DNA of 63,801 bases, filler included, from Stramenopiles sp. TOSAG23-6 (Eukaryota): NCBI GenBank assembly GCA_900128565.1. It is 10 parts of 10 records of this genome, joined end to end, with 100 filler letters (N's around TTAATTAATTAA, not from the genome) between each part and the next. Parts side by side here need not be neighbours in the genome. Positions count along the whole stretch, not along the records: positions 1 to 9,641 come from LT636361.1; positions 9,742 to 19,358 come from LT636362.1; 8 more parts are not named here. The stretch is one strand, 5' to 3'. The position numbers and the translations under genes are program-made. Below the pieces are notes generated by a model. The model made no database searches. It saw only the letters and a program-made list of their open reading frames with translations, and was not told where the DNA came from. Every line of letters begins with the position of its first letter. Within the stretch, counting starts at the first letter, position 1. Positions 1-9,830 of the stretch are shown here, piece after piece.

Positions 1-63
1 TTCGTACGAAATTTTGTACCTAACAATTTTTTTTAGATTTTTTTGAAATATTTTTTCCAAAAT

Positions 64-1891
64 CTAATTTTCTTGTAACTGTAATCCTAAATTTAATAGT
101 CTTCTTACACTGTTATCAACTCTAATAAATTTTCTAGCTACTGCATATTCTCTATCTCCATCATCATATTTAATTGAATAACAGTCACCATCAACGGATT
201 TCATAACTACTCCTGTATACCAACGATTATATATTGTGAAAAAATTAAATTTTTTTTTTTTCGATATTATTAGGGTTAGGGTTTAAAAAAAAAGAAATTT
301 GAAATTCATCATGAGAGCACGTACAAGACCTCCATATAAACACCTGACTTTTTCACCTTTTTGAAGTATCTTTGTATCACTGTATAAACCTGCTGCTGCT
401 ACAGCTTCCTGAGTTGATACAATTCGCAATTCATCCAAAAGAGCCCATCCTTCATATTTTGTTAAAAATTTTGAAAATTTTTCTGTTTTTGTTAGGTACA
501 AAATTTACTACGAAAAAAAACAAATTTCAAAAAAAAAATATTGAATTAAAAAACGCGTACAAAATCTTCATTCTTTCCAAAATATCGTAGTTCATACTTG
601 GGTCCCTGAACTGAAGTACGCATTCCAATCACTTCAGCAACTCCATCTGGTCCTTCTACTGAAGTTCCTACTGGTATTGTACGATTAAGTACGATTGGAG
701 ATCGAGAAAAAAGTCGAAGAACGCGAGATTTTTTTGTGTTTTTCGTGTTTTTTGTGGTTTTAGGGTTAGGGTTAGTAGAGTTATTATTTACAATATCCTT
801 CATAAAATTTTCTTGTTCATTTTCATTATTTGTGTCAGTTATAATTGGAGAAATACTATTGCTCACACCTTGGACTGTGGAATCCTTCATTTGATCTTGA
901 CGAATTTCGTGTTTTTCTTTTGCATTTTTAACTGCGAGGTCTCGAAATTTTCTTAATTCTTCAATTTTTCGATCTCTGCGAGTTTCGGCAGGAGAAGGCT
1001 TCGTTGGTGTAGGAGTTGGTGATTGTGATGTTTCATTAATAATTTTCATCAATCTACGAATTTCGCCAATTTCAATAGCATTGAGCTGCTCATCTATAAT
1101 ACATGTATTGTTCACATGAAAAAAAAAAACTTTTGTTAGGTACAAAATGTGCTATAAAAAAAAAATCGAAATTGAAATTGAAAAAAATGAAATATACAAA
1201 CTTCCTTAGATACTGTAGAAAGATTACATGTACGTTGCTCACTTATAAGACTACTTTGTTTTGAGTTAGTTTTGACCTTTTTCAAAATTTTCATTGTTGC
1301 AAGGTCAGAGGTATCATCAACTGTTGAACTTAACATTGTATTTGCAGCGGATTGAGAATTTTTTAACGTTGATGGAGAAATATTTTGTAATAATTTGTCT
1401 TTAACTTCGTCAAATCCTGTACCATAATTTTTTGCCCTGTATAAATTAATATCATGTAAAGACTGTGACTGTATAGCGCTTAATTGCTGATGGAGAATAT
1501 TATTTAATGTAGTTCTACCTTGCTTTTGTATTTTTTGTGGTTGTTTTGTCTTACTATTTCTTCCATTTTTTCTAGGACTAAGTGTGACTGGAGAAAATAG
1601 ACAATCACGTACATTATCACTATGTGTATCAGATGAATGGATAAGTTTTTCTATTTGTTTATTTTTAGCGGGCATATTCTCTGCAACGCTTGTCGGACTA
1701 CTGCAGAATAGACGCGAACCATCTTGAAGCTGAATAAAATCCACGGCTTTGGACCTCACAGCAAAGAATTGGCTCAACCATAAAAGTGGATTTTCTGGTC
1801 TGACGTCACTTAGTTGGGTAAAAGCATTGACTACAGCTGGTACAACGGATGCTACAAGATAACGCCGAGGAGATAGATCATCTGCAGTCAT
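64..1891 (-). CDS. Dpy-30-motif protein with C-terminal Tudor-like domains; 4 exons (1891-1198, 1102-561, 453-325, 228-64), about 509 aa
   Basis: N-terminal RRYLVASVVPAVVNAFTQLSDVRPENPLLWLSQFF fits a Dpy-30 dimerisation motif. Removing three GT..AT elements gives an open frame containing KVRCLYGGL|NRWYTGVV...YSIKYDDGDRE (Tudor-like) and ending at TAG 64-66. Confidence 0.7.
229..324 (-). mobile_element. GT-AT introner-like intron, 96 nt
   Basis: ctt|GTACGT...ttcacaatatAT|aat cgt tgg; phase 0 inside the Tudor-like domain. Confidence 0.7.
454..560 (-). mobile_element. GT-AT introner-like intron, 107 nt
   Basis: ttt|GTACGC...gtacctaac...aaaatAT|gaa gga tgg; restores frame. Confidence 0.7.
1103..1197 (-). 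mobile_element. GT-AT introner-like intron, 95 nt
   Basis: gtt t|GTATAT...gtacctaac...aatacAT|gt att; joins ORFs 1136-1891 and 546-1145 in frame. Confidence 0.7.
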
Positions 1892-2155
1892 TTTATTGAG
1901 ACAATCTAAATAGGAGAGAAAGACTCTGAAAAAAGTGATTTGAGATTGACTTCAATTTGAGAAATTTGAAAACAAAACATTTGAAAAATAATGGTATACG
2001 CTAGACACTATTAGGTATATACAGGTCTCGGTAGTATATCTTACAATATTTATGAAAAAACTATATATTTATTCAATATATATATATATAGGATGTTAAA
2101 CAAGTACAGACAACGTTCTCTTCTTTTACATTGAAGTCTTTTTTTTGTAATCTGT

Positions 2156-3364
2156 TTACACGTAGTGACGGACCTCCGTAGCTTTAGCTACTTCAACTGG
2201 GGAACCATTACTGCCATTTTCGGCTAAATGTCCATTACTGCCTTTTCTGGCTAAATGTCCCACAAAGATCTTATTTTCCGTTGTGGTAAGATATTTAGTC
2301 CTAGTTGGCACAAAAAGCGTATGCCAAGTATATTCTACCAGCGACATGAACAAGTGTAACACAAGACAAATGAACATTATCCATTCGCACAGAGCCGAGA
2401 AATTTACCAAGTCATTATGATGAAGTTGTCCGTATGATCCTTTGCAGTATAAAAAATTATTCGTAGTTGTCATTTTTAAACTGTCATTCATAACCTTTCC
2501 AACATTGAATAAATCTTTGGAAAACAATCCGCTACCTTTTCCTTGTATCTCCAATAAACCTAAGCATAGAATGATAGCATCGAGAATACCGCAAATCCAA
2601 GCTACTATAACTAAGAAAAGATACAATTTTGGATCAAACTTATCGTCTTCAGTAATTTTTAACCTTTGTAGAGCATCCGGAGAGATTCTCCTTCTACTTA
2701 TACGATAAAGAAGTACTGTTCGAATAATTGCCGCAACGCCGGCAAACACAAACAGACATGTTGCGAATGTAACGTGAGTAATCATATAATCATTTTCTGG
2801 GAACGTAATTACCCCTGCGGCTGCAATGAGTGTTAAACTCAGAAACACAGAATGAATAGCGTTAGTACACCCATCTGTATCTTCGAAATAATGTTCATCC
2901 TTTGGATCGACTGACATACGTGACAATCTCAAATATGAGTTCATGGCGAAATGAAACTCAATACAAGAGGGAATTATCATAATTATGCCAACACCCATAC
3001 CGGAAAGAAACAGATATTGTGTAACTCCATAGCCAAGCATCCCAAAGTCACTAATAAATGGCATAAACGCTGTACAACCACGGGCAACCCAAGTTATATA
3101 ACAAGCAATTAGAGTAAGTACGATAATTCCACCACCAATGCTCAAACATATACGCTCGTATTTAATTTCTGATGAATCAGGAACCACATCAACTTCAAGT
3201 TCTTCTTCCTGACCCTGTCTTGCTGCTGTGATTTGCCTCTTCAGATCAGCAATTATGCTTTGGTGTCGCTTGTTCTTTATTTCGCGTATCTTTTCATTAT
3301 GCTTCCTGTGTTCATCGGTAATTTGCCGCTTCAACTGTCGGATGGTAAGTTCCGTGTCAGACAT
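2156..3364 (-). CDS. Frag1/DRAM/Sfk1 (TMEM150-like) multi-pass membrane protein with N-terminal coiled coil
   Basis: MPFISDFG, HVTFA and ALCEW motifs, about six hydrophobic segments; start taken as MSDTELT. Confidence 0.65.
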   Translation of the reverse strand: MSDTELTIRQLKRQITDEHRKHNEKIREIKNKRHQSIIADLKRQITAARQGQEEELEVDVVPDSSEIKYERICLSIGGGIIVLTLIACYITWVARGCTAFMPFISDFGMLGYGVTQYLFLSGMGVGIIMIIPSCIEFHFAMNSYLRLSRMSVDPKDEHYFEDTDGCTNAIHSVFLSLTLIAAAGVITFPENDYMITHVTFATCLFVFAGVAAIIRTVLLYRISRRRISPDALQRLKITEDDKFDPKLYLFLVIVAWICGILDAIILCLGLLEIQGKGSGLFSKDLFNVGKVMNDSLKMTTTNNFLYCKGSYGQLHHNDLVNFSALCEWIMFICLVLHLFMSLVEYTWHTLFVPTRTKYLTTTENKIFVGHLARKGSNGHLAENGSNGSPVEVAKATEVRHYV

Positions 3365-3611
3365 TTTACAACGACAAAATTCTAAAGAGTAACAAATAAA
3401 GAGTAACAAAGATTCAACGAAAGAAACCAAGAATGAAACGGAAGTCAGTAACGTATGGTTTTTTAACCTTCGAAAGCCCATATTTCGTGTCCTTGTTCGT
3501 GTGCACAAATAAATTAAAAATTCGGGCCAACATGACACGATACTACTACGACGTGTAGGTGCCTACTACTATTCATATTATTAACTAAGAATAAATAGCT
3601 AATCGCCCTAA

Positions 3612-5849
3612 ATGAATCTTCAGTATGCAACAATAAAATGTCCCCAAGGTGCTAGAGAAGGTATGAATGTTGCAGTACTTGTGAACGCACAGCGTGTGGT
3701 AGTCACAGTGCCAAAAGGTATAAGACCTGGAATGCCATTTAGAGTGGCTGTACCCCGAGCCCCTCAACAGAAACGAAACTTGAGTATAAAGTGTCCTATG
3801 GGGTCATACCCAGGAAGTCGCATTCAAGTTAAAGCGCCAACAGGAGAAAATCTAGCACTCATTGTTCCACAAGGCGTCATGCCTGGTCAAATGTTTACTA
3901 TTGCGTATACACCAAAAGCGACAATGCAACGAAACCAGTCACGAAATCTTGAATATCAGCGTGTTCAGAAAGAAGCAAATGAGAATCGTAAGCTACTTCA
4001 GCGCGAATATGAAGAACGACAAAATACAATGAAAGAACGAAAACAAGACACTGAGAACCGAACTCGAGAAAGGAAAGAAAGTGCAGATCGAAGATTTGCA
4101 CTGAGACTACAAAAGGAAGAAGAAAGAAAACGAGCCCAGTACCTTCGAGAAAATGCAGTTAGAGAAAAACAACGTTTACGTAAAGAAGCAGAAGCGAAAA
4201 AACAACGTTTACGTAAAGAAGCAGAAGCGAAAAAACAACGTTTACATAAAGAAGCAGAAGCGAAAAAACAACGTTTACGTAAAGAAGCAGAAGCAAAACG
4301 TCGAGCAGCAGAGAAAAAAAGAAAAGATTTGGAAAAAGAAAAAATGGAAAAAATGTACGTGTTGTCTTTTATCATGATTTTTTCCAGATTTTTTTTTTTC
4401 ATACGAAATTTTCATAGAAAACAAAGAAAAAAACAGATTTTGAATGTGGTATCGTTGTAGTACCTTTGTTCATCATGAATGTAAATGTTTTCTTTTTTTT
4501 TAATTTTTTTTTTCTTTTTTGTTTTTTTTCTTTTTTTTCTTAAAAAAAATTTAAAAAAAAAAAAAAATTTTAATTGTATACCTAAACAAAACAATTCTAA
4601 TTTTTGAAATATTTTCCAAAATGTAGTAGACTGAGTGAAATGAAAAGGTTGGAGAGAATGTATGTTTTACTTTTTTTTTTTAACCAAAAAATCGAAATTT
4701 TTTTTTCGTACGAAATTTTGTACCTAACACATTTTTTTAGATTTTTTTGAAATATTTTTCCAAAATACATACGACAAAATGAAGTTGATAAAATAAAACA
4801 TAAATTTCCTGAAAAAAATGAAGCTGAAAAAGAAACAAATAAAAAAACCTTGAATTTTGGTTGGTCTGAGCAGACATCAGAAAAACATAATGGTCGGGTA
4901 TATTACTACAATAAGATTACGAATATATCACAATGGGAGTTTCCAGAAGAATGTCTTGACCCTAACCCTAATGTACCCTAACCCTAACAACCCCTAACCC
5001 TAACAAAAAAATATCATTTTTTTTTTTTTTTACTATAAAAAATTTGTACCTAACAAATTTTCCAAAAAAAAAAAAAAGAAAAAAATATTTTTTTACATAC
5101 ATTTTGAATCGAAAAAAAGTTCTATTTCTTCTACTGGACAACAAGATTTGGAAAAAAAGAAGTCTATAGTTACAATACATACTAATCGTTTCTACAATAG
5201 TATTCAAAACAACCCTAACCCTAATGCTAATCGGTTTCATAATAGTATTCAAAAAAGTCGTATTGGCAGTGCAAACATTTTGAATGATTCACGGAATCAC
5301 GTACAAATAGCGAAAAGGTTTCATAAATCTCCAAGAGACGTTCGTGTAGGTTTTTTTTTTCATACGAAATTTTATAGCTAATATTTTTTTTTTTTTTTTT
5401 CATACGAAATTTTATAGCTAATAATTTTTTTTTTATTTTTTTTTTTGTTGATACGAAATTTTATAGCTAATAATTTTCTTTTTACTTTTTTACTAAAAGA
5501 AACATACATATATATATATATATTGACAATACAGGAACATTTTCACATATCTGATGTGAATTTCGTTGCCGCGCGCTTTCATGTATGCTTTATTTTTTTT
5601 AATTTCGAATTTTTTTTTTTTTGATTTTCGTACGAAATTTTGTACCTAACGAAAACTTTTTTTTTTTTTTTGAAATATTTTTCCAAAATACATAGAAGTT
5701 CTAATGATATACGTAAGCGTGTAGTTGATGCGTGTAAAAATGTATCTAAATTTCATCGTTGTCCAGAAAATGTGAAAAAATATTCATATAGTGTAGAAGA
5801 TGTTTCAAAACGATTTCATCGAGATCCAAAATGTTTGTTAAAATACTAA
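3612..5849 (+). CDS. Multi-exon protein: two N-terminal CP-x-G..G..V.VP.G..PG repeats, coiled coil, WW domain, C-terminal RFH repeats
   Basis: Introns at 4355-4626 (internal structure uncertain), 4660-4770, 4973-5102, 5346-5534 and 5583-5693. The spliced frame contains LNFGWSEQTSEKHNGRVYYYNKITNISQWEFP (WW) and ends at TAA 5847-5849. Confidence 0.65.
4166..4298 (+). repeat. 33-nt coding tandem repeat x4 (KQRLRKEAEAK)
   Basis: aaacaacgtttacgtaaagaagcagaagcgaaa repeated four times with few substitutions. Confidence 0.9.
4660..4770 (+). mobile_element. GT-AT introner-like intron, 111 nt
   Basis: aga at|GTATGT...ttcgtacgaaattttgtacctaac...ccaaaatacAT|a cga caa; near-consensus copy with AT duplicated. 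Confidence 0.8.
5583..5693 (+). mobile_element. GT-AT introner-like intron, 111 nt
   Basis: ttt cat|GTATGC...aatacAT|aga agt restores an RFH-R repeat. Using the AG 2 nt downstream gives CAT AAG TTC TAA (stop). Confidence 0.8.
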
Positions 5850-5961
5850 ATAAAAATTCATGAAAATTTCAGATTTTTTCAGAATAAAAATGAATGAAAA
5901 TTTCAGATTTTTCCAAAATTAAAATGTTAAAATTAAAAAAAAGTTGAAATTGAGTTTATTA

Positions 5962-6774
5962 TCAAGGTTCAACAAAACGAATGTACTCTTTTTTTGAAGG
6001 CAATTCCAAAATGGAAACTTCACCAAACGTTTTTTCGCCAGATTTTGTGGAGACTCCAGGTAACAAAACTGCTTTTTCACCAGGGGTCCAATCGGCTGGT
6101 GTTGCTAGCATTTTCTGTTTTGTCAATTGTAAACTATCAATAACTCTTATGATTTCAGAAAAGTTTCGACCGGTACACGTATTCTGAAGGATATTACAGA
6201 AAAAAAATCGTTAGTTAAAAACGTTTTTAGGGTTTCCAAAACAAAAAAAAATTCAATTCAAGGTTTAAAACAAAAAAAAAATGATATTCAATCTTTAAAA
6301 CGTACTTGCAGGATAGGTAAGCATTAACTTAATCTTTCTATCTGGAGATACAATAAATACTTTGCGTACTGTCAAAGGCAAGCCAACCTCGTCAATATTT
6401 TCTTGGTCAAGCATATCGAGCGAATGAGCGATGGCCCGCGTCGGGTCAGCAAAAATTGGGAAAGTTGGTTTGTAAGTTGTAGCAGCATAGATGTCTTTGA
6501 TCCAAGCTACATGTGAACTAGCATCATTACAAGATAATGCTGCTAGTTTCACACCTCTTTCATCAAAAGAAGGCTGAAGTTTCGCAGCAGAACCCAGCTC
6601 TGTCGTACACACAGGTGTAAAGTCATCAGGATGAGAAAATAAAATTCCCCACGTTGGACTACCTTTAGCATCACTAAACACTTGATACAGTGATAATTTA
6701 CCAAGGCTAGATTCAGCAGAGAAATCCGGGATCTCATCGCCAAGTCGAAGTGTTTTACGGTCAGAAACTGCCAT
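5962..6774 (-). CDS. PRDX6: 1-Cys peroxiredoxin (Prx6 type); exons 6774-6306 and 6176-5962
   Basis: FSHPDDFTPVCTTELG active site; spliced junction gives YPASTGRNFSEIIRVIDSLQLT; C-terminal ATPADWTPG and LPSKKEYIRF. Confidence 0.92.
6177..6305 (-). mobile_element. Family intron with GT...GT ends, 129 nt
   Basis: gca a|GTACGT...aactaac...cagaatacGT|gt acc ggt cga; this register gives the conserved YPASTGRNF. Confidence 0.75.
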
Positions 6775-7060
6775 TGAATGCGTTATGATAGCAAAAATCG
6801 TATCGTTGAAGATTCAATAACGAAAAGTAAAGAAGCCTTAAGAACCTTGGGTCTAAGTAAATTTCTGAGTAATTTAATTGGAATTTTAATTTTCAACGGG
6901 TAGCAGATTTATCGAAATGCCGATGCCGATGCCACGTGTTACGAAGTGACGTCGTCAACTTGTCAAATAACTAGAATACTGACTCTGTGTGGCATTTAGA
7001 CAATTGTTTTGCAAGCTGTACAACATTAAATATTAACTCAGATTGTGGAAGAAATTTACA

Positions 7061-8254
7061 ATGGAGTTTACCACAAAGAATATTTTGGTTGATGATATCT
7101 CAGCTTCATTCGGTGTCATGAATATCTCTCAACAAAGTTCTCAAATTGTTGCAGACGTGCGTGAAAGTGCAAGTCTATTCACGGCAATGGCTCACGCGCC
7201 TGGGGCAAAAGAAGCTCTCGATAACGCTGCACCGATGTTACAGATGCTTGCGAATATGGGAATCGAAAATTCTCCGCAGCAAGTCCTTCACCATGAGTCA
7301 GTAGCCTCATCGGGTTTTGTCCTCTTGGATCCTTTATTTATTGATGAAAAATTCATTGGTGGAAGTGATACACTTACGCAAATAGATATTGAGCTGTTTT
7401 GTGCAGTCTACAATCAAATGGGTTTAGCAACCACAGGTACGGCGCGAATGGCCACATCATTAGGTCGTTGGTTTAATCGTATGACAACACTTTTAAAAGA
7501 AAGATCTCTTCTTGCAGGTACAGTATGTGGCTTTATTCGTATCGGACAGCAAATCGACCAACGCCCAGATTGTGTGGTTGGTGCAGACGCGGCTGTTGAC
7601 GCTACTCGTCGTAACGTTGGTGTGAAGAAGGGTGCAAGTCAACGTGATAAAGAAAAGGCGGCAAAGGAAAGTAACAAGGCAAAGAAACCAAAATTATCAA
7701 AAGAACTAAAAGATCCAAAAGATCCAAACGAAGCAGTAGCTCCAAAAGCTGCCCCACTCAATCTAACTCATGAAAAAGCTAGAGAGCGTCTTTGGGGTAA
7801 ATTGGCTGAAATGGGTATCGTCCCTTATCGAGAGGTAGATCCTGTTCTTGATACTGCAAAACCAGTTGGTCATAGTACTCACAATCTTTTTGTGAAGGAT
7901 AAAAAAACAAAAAAAATGTTTTTAATTACGGCTAAACAGGACACAAAAATTAACTTGAAATCGCTCTCAAAAAAACTCGGTGTCAAAGAACTTCGAATGA
8001 TGAGAATGAACGATAAGAGGAATACAACATATGTTCAAAGAGGATGCATTTCGTGTCTTTCTCTATATAATGATGTATCTGGTGAAATCACTCCAGTATG
8101 GGATAATAAACTTTTGGAAATGAAAACTTTCAAAATCTGTGCTGGTTGTGATGACGCTAATGACCATTCGCAACATAATGTTGTTGATATTTCGCTGGAG
8201 CAGATTCGTGAGTTACTTGCTAGTCATAATATCATTGGAGTTGATTTTGAATAA
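7061..8254 (+). CDS. GST-C-like domain plus YbaK/ProX (PrdX) aminoacyl-tRNA deacylase domain
   Basis: FIGGSDTLTQIDIELF...LGRWFNRM (GST-C-like); HSTHNLFVKDKKTKKMFLI...INLKSLSKKLGVKELR...VQRGCISCLSLYND (ProX-like). Confidence 0.65.
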   Translation: MEFTTKNILVDDISASFGVMNISQQSSQIVADVRESASLFTAMAHAPGAKEALDNAAPMLQMLANMGIENSPQQVLHHESVASSGFVLLDPLFIDEKFIGGSDTLTQIDIELFCAVYNQMGLATTGTARMATSLGRWFNRMTTLLKERSLLAGTVCGFIRIGQQIDQRPDCVVGADAAVDATRRNVGVKKGASQRDKEKAAKESNKAKKPKLSKELKDPKDPNEAVAPKAAPLNLTHEKARERLWGKLAEMGIVPYREVDPVLDTAKPVGHSTHNLFVKDKKTKKMFLITAKQDTKINLKSLSKKLGVKELRMMRMNDKRNTTYVQRGCISCLSLYNDVSGEITPVWDNKLLEMKTFKICAGCDDANDHSQHNVVDISLEQIRELLASHNIIGVDFE

Positions 8255-8341
8255 TGTATACTTTGGATTGAGTTGTTTATATCATCATGAATGAAAATTA
8301 TCTGTGACAATAAATACTTTATTATTTTTTTGATAGTATAA

Positions 8342-9523
8342 TTATTTTTTAATACGCTTAACATTTGCTGTATCATCAAATTCATTGGACAACCTACGTC
8401 GTTTCCTTGGACTAATACGTCTATTTGGACTTGATCTTGATTTTGTTTTTGGACTTGTTTTTGTTTTTGGACTTGTTTTTGTTTTTGTTTTTGGACTTGT
8501 TTTTGCTTTTGTTTTTGGACTTGTTTTTGGGCTTGATTTTGATTTTGTTTTTGGACTTGTTTTTGGGCTTGATTTTGTTTTTGTTTTTGGACTTGTTTTT
8601 GTTTTTGTTTTTGGACTGGATTTTGTTTTTGTTTTTGGACTGGATTTTGTTTTTGTTTTTGGACTTGATTTTGTTTTTGTTTGTGGGCTTGATTTTGTTT
8701 TTGTTTTTGGACTTGTTTTTGTTTTTGTTTTTGGACTTGATTTATTATTTTTCGTATTTATAACTTCTTCTTCGGAAACGAAATTTGTTGTATTTTCTTT
8801 TGATACAATTTTATCACAATTTTTCTTTAATTTACTTTTTTTCTTCTTCCAAGGTTTCATTAACTTATGCGGAAGTGAAGTAAAAACTGGACGAACTTTT
8901 GGATCCTCCAAACCCTCCAATGAATTTTCAACATTATTTCCCTTGTTATTTTTTGTATTTTTTGTATTTTTTGTATTTTTTGTATTCACACCTTGTGACA
9001 CGAAATCTTGAGTCAAAATTTCATTTTTTTCGTTTTTCTCATTTCTATATTGAATAAATTTTGTACTTGTTTCATTTTTATTGGCAAAGATATTGAATTT
9101 CGATGTATCTTGTGATTTTTCACGATACTCATTAAATAATTTCTCTTTTTTTACTTCTTTTAACCGTTGGAAAGAAACGCGCTGAGACATCCTTCTACAC
9201 GACTCATTATAATCTATTTTTGGTGATTTTTCATGATCTTTGACTGGTTTAGGGTTAGGGTTGTCAAAGTTTTCGGATTCAGAAGTTTCTGAGGTTTCAG
9301 ATGATGCTGGCGCAGGTAATTCAATTAATTCCATTGGTTCTACTTCCTCAACTACATCCATATCCATATTAGGGTTATCAATATCTTTCAAATTTAAATT
9401 TGAATTTGAATTTGATTCATTATTTACTAACTTTAATTGATTTCTATTCATAGGAACCGGGCTAGGCATTGAGGTTAAAGAATTAGGGTTATTTTCACAA
9501 TTTAATAATTGCGGCGATTCCGG
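8342..9523 (-). CDS. 3' terminal exon of a low-complexity basic protein with SPK repeats (5' part lost at contig end)
   Basis: Open frame starts directly after element 9524-9639 and ends in an NLS-like PRKRRR...KRIKK. Confidence 0.6.
   Translation of the reverse strand, partial: PESPQLLNCENNPNSLTSMPSPVPMNRNQLKLVNNESNSNSNLNLKDIDNPNMDMDVVEEVEPMELIELPAPASSETSETSESENFDNPNPKPVKDHEKSPKIDYNESCRRMSQRVSFQRLKEVKKEKLFNEYREKSQDTSKFNIFANKNETSTKFIQYRNEKNEKNEILTQDFVSQGVNTKNTKNTKNTKNNKGNNVENSLEGLEDPKVRPVFTSLPHKLMKPWKKKKSKLKKNCDKIVSKENTTNFVSEEEVINTKNNKSSPKTKTKTSPKTKTKSSPQTKTKSSPKTKTKSSPKTKTKSSPKTKTKTSPKTKTKSSPKTSPKTKSKSSPKTSPKTKAKTSPKTKTKTSPKTKTSPKTKSRSSPNRRISPRKRRRLSNEFDDTANVKRIKK
8420..8742 (-). repeat. 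18-24 nt coding tandem repeat (S/T-SPKTKTK)
   Basis: ttttggacttgtttttgtttttg units on the + strand; about 14 SPK/SPQ motifs. Confidence 0.9.
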
Positions 9524-9639
9524 ACGTATTGTGAAAAAATATTTCAAAAAAAAAAAACTCAAATTTGTTAGGTACGAAATTTTTTTACGAAAAAAAACCA
9601 AAAAAAAAAAATTAAATTAGAAATTCATATAAAACATAC
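9524..9639 (-). mobile_element. Family element with GT...GT ends flanked by a GT duplication, 116 nt
   Basis: gt|GTATGT...gtacctaac...ttcacaatacGT|ccg gaa; only 2 upstream exon nt visible before the gap. Confidence 0.6.
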
Positions 9640-9641
9640 AC

Positions 9642-9740
9642 NNNNNNNNNNNNNNNNNNNNNNNNNNNNNNNNNNNNNNNNNNNNTTAATTAATTAANNN
9701 NNNNNNNNNNNNNNNNNNNNNNNNNNNNNNNNNNNNNNNN
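9642..9740. other. Artificial contig linker (N-run TTAATTAATTAA N-run); also at 19359, 29056, 38721, 48353, 57952, 59415, 60878 and 62340
   Basis: Identical spacer with stops in all six frames; flanking contigs are ordered by decreasing length. Confidence 0.97.
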
Positions 9741-9830
9741 NAAAAAAATCTAAAAAAATTTGTTAGGTACAAAATTTTTTTACCAAAAAAAAAAAATATA
9801 TAAATTAAAAATTGAGAAATGAAAACATAC

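Noticed and set aside
1-63. Plus-strand element fragment abutting the stop of the minus-strand gene as an antisense insertion
   Set aside because: It is truncated at the contig start with no AATAC end; it may belong to a convergent gene or be a misjoin.
8385-9011. Hydrophobic + strand ORFs (FVFGLDFVFV...) as membrane proteins
   Set aside because: They are antisense shadows of the SPKTK repeat exon.
9642-9740. TTAATTAATTAA between N runs as a biological motif, and gene neighbourhoods across such gaps
   Set aside because: It is an artificial contig linker; contigs are sorted by length.
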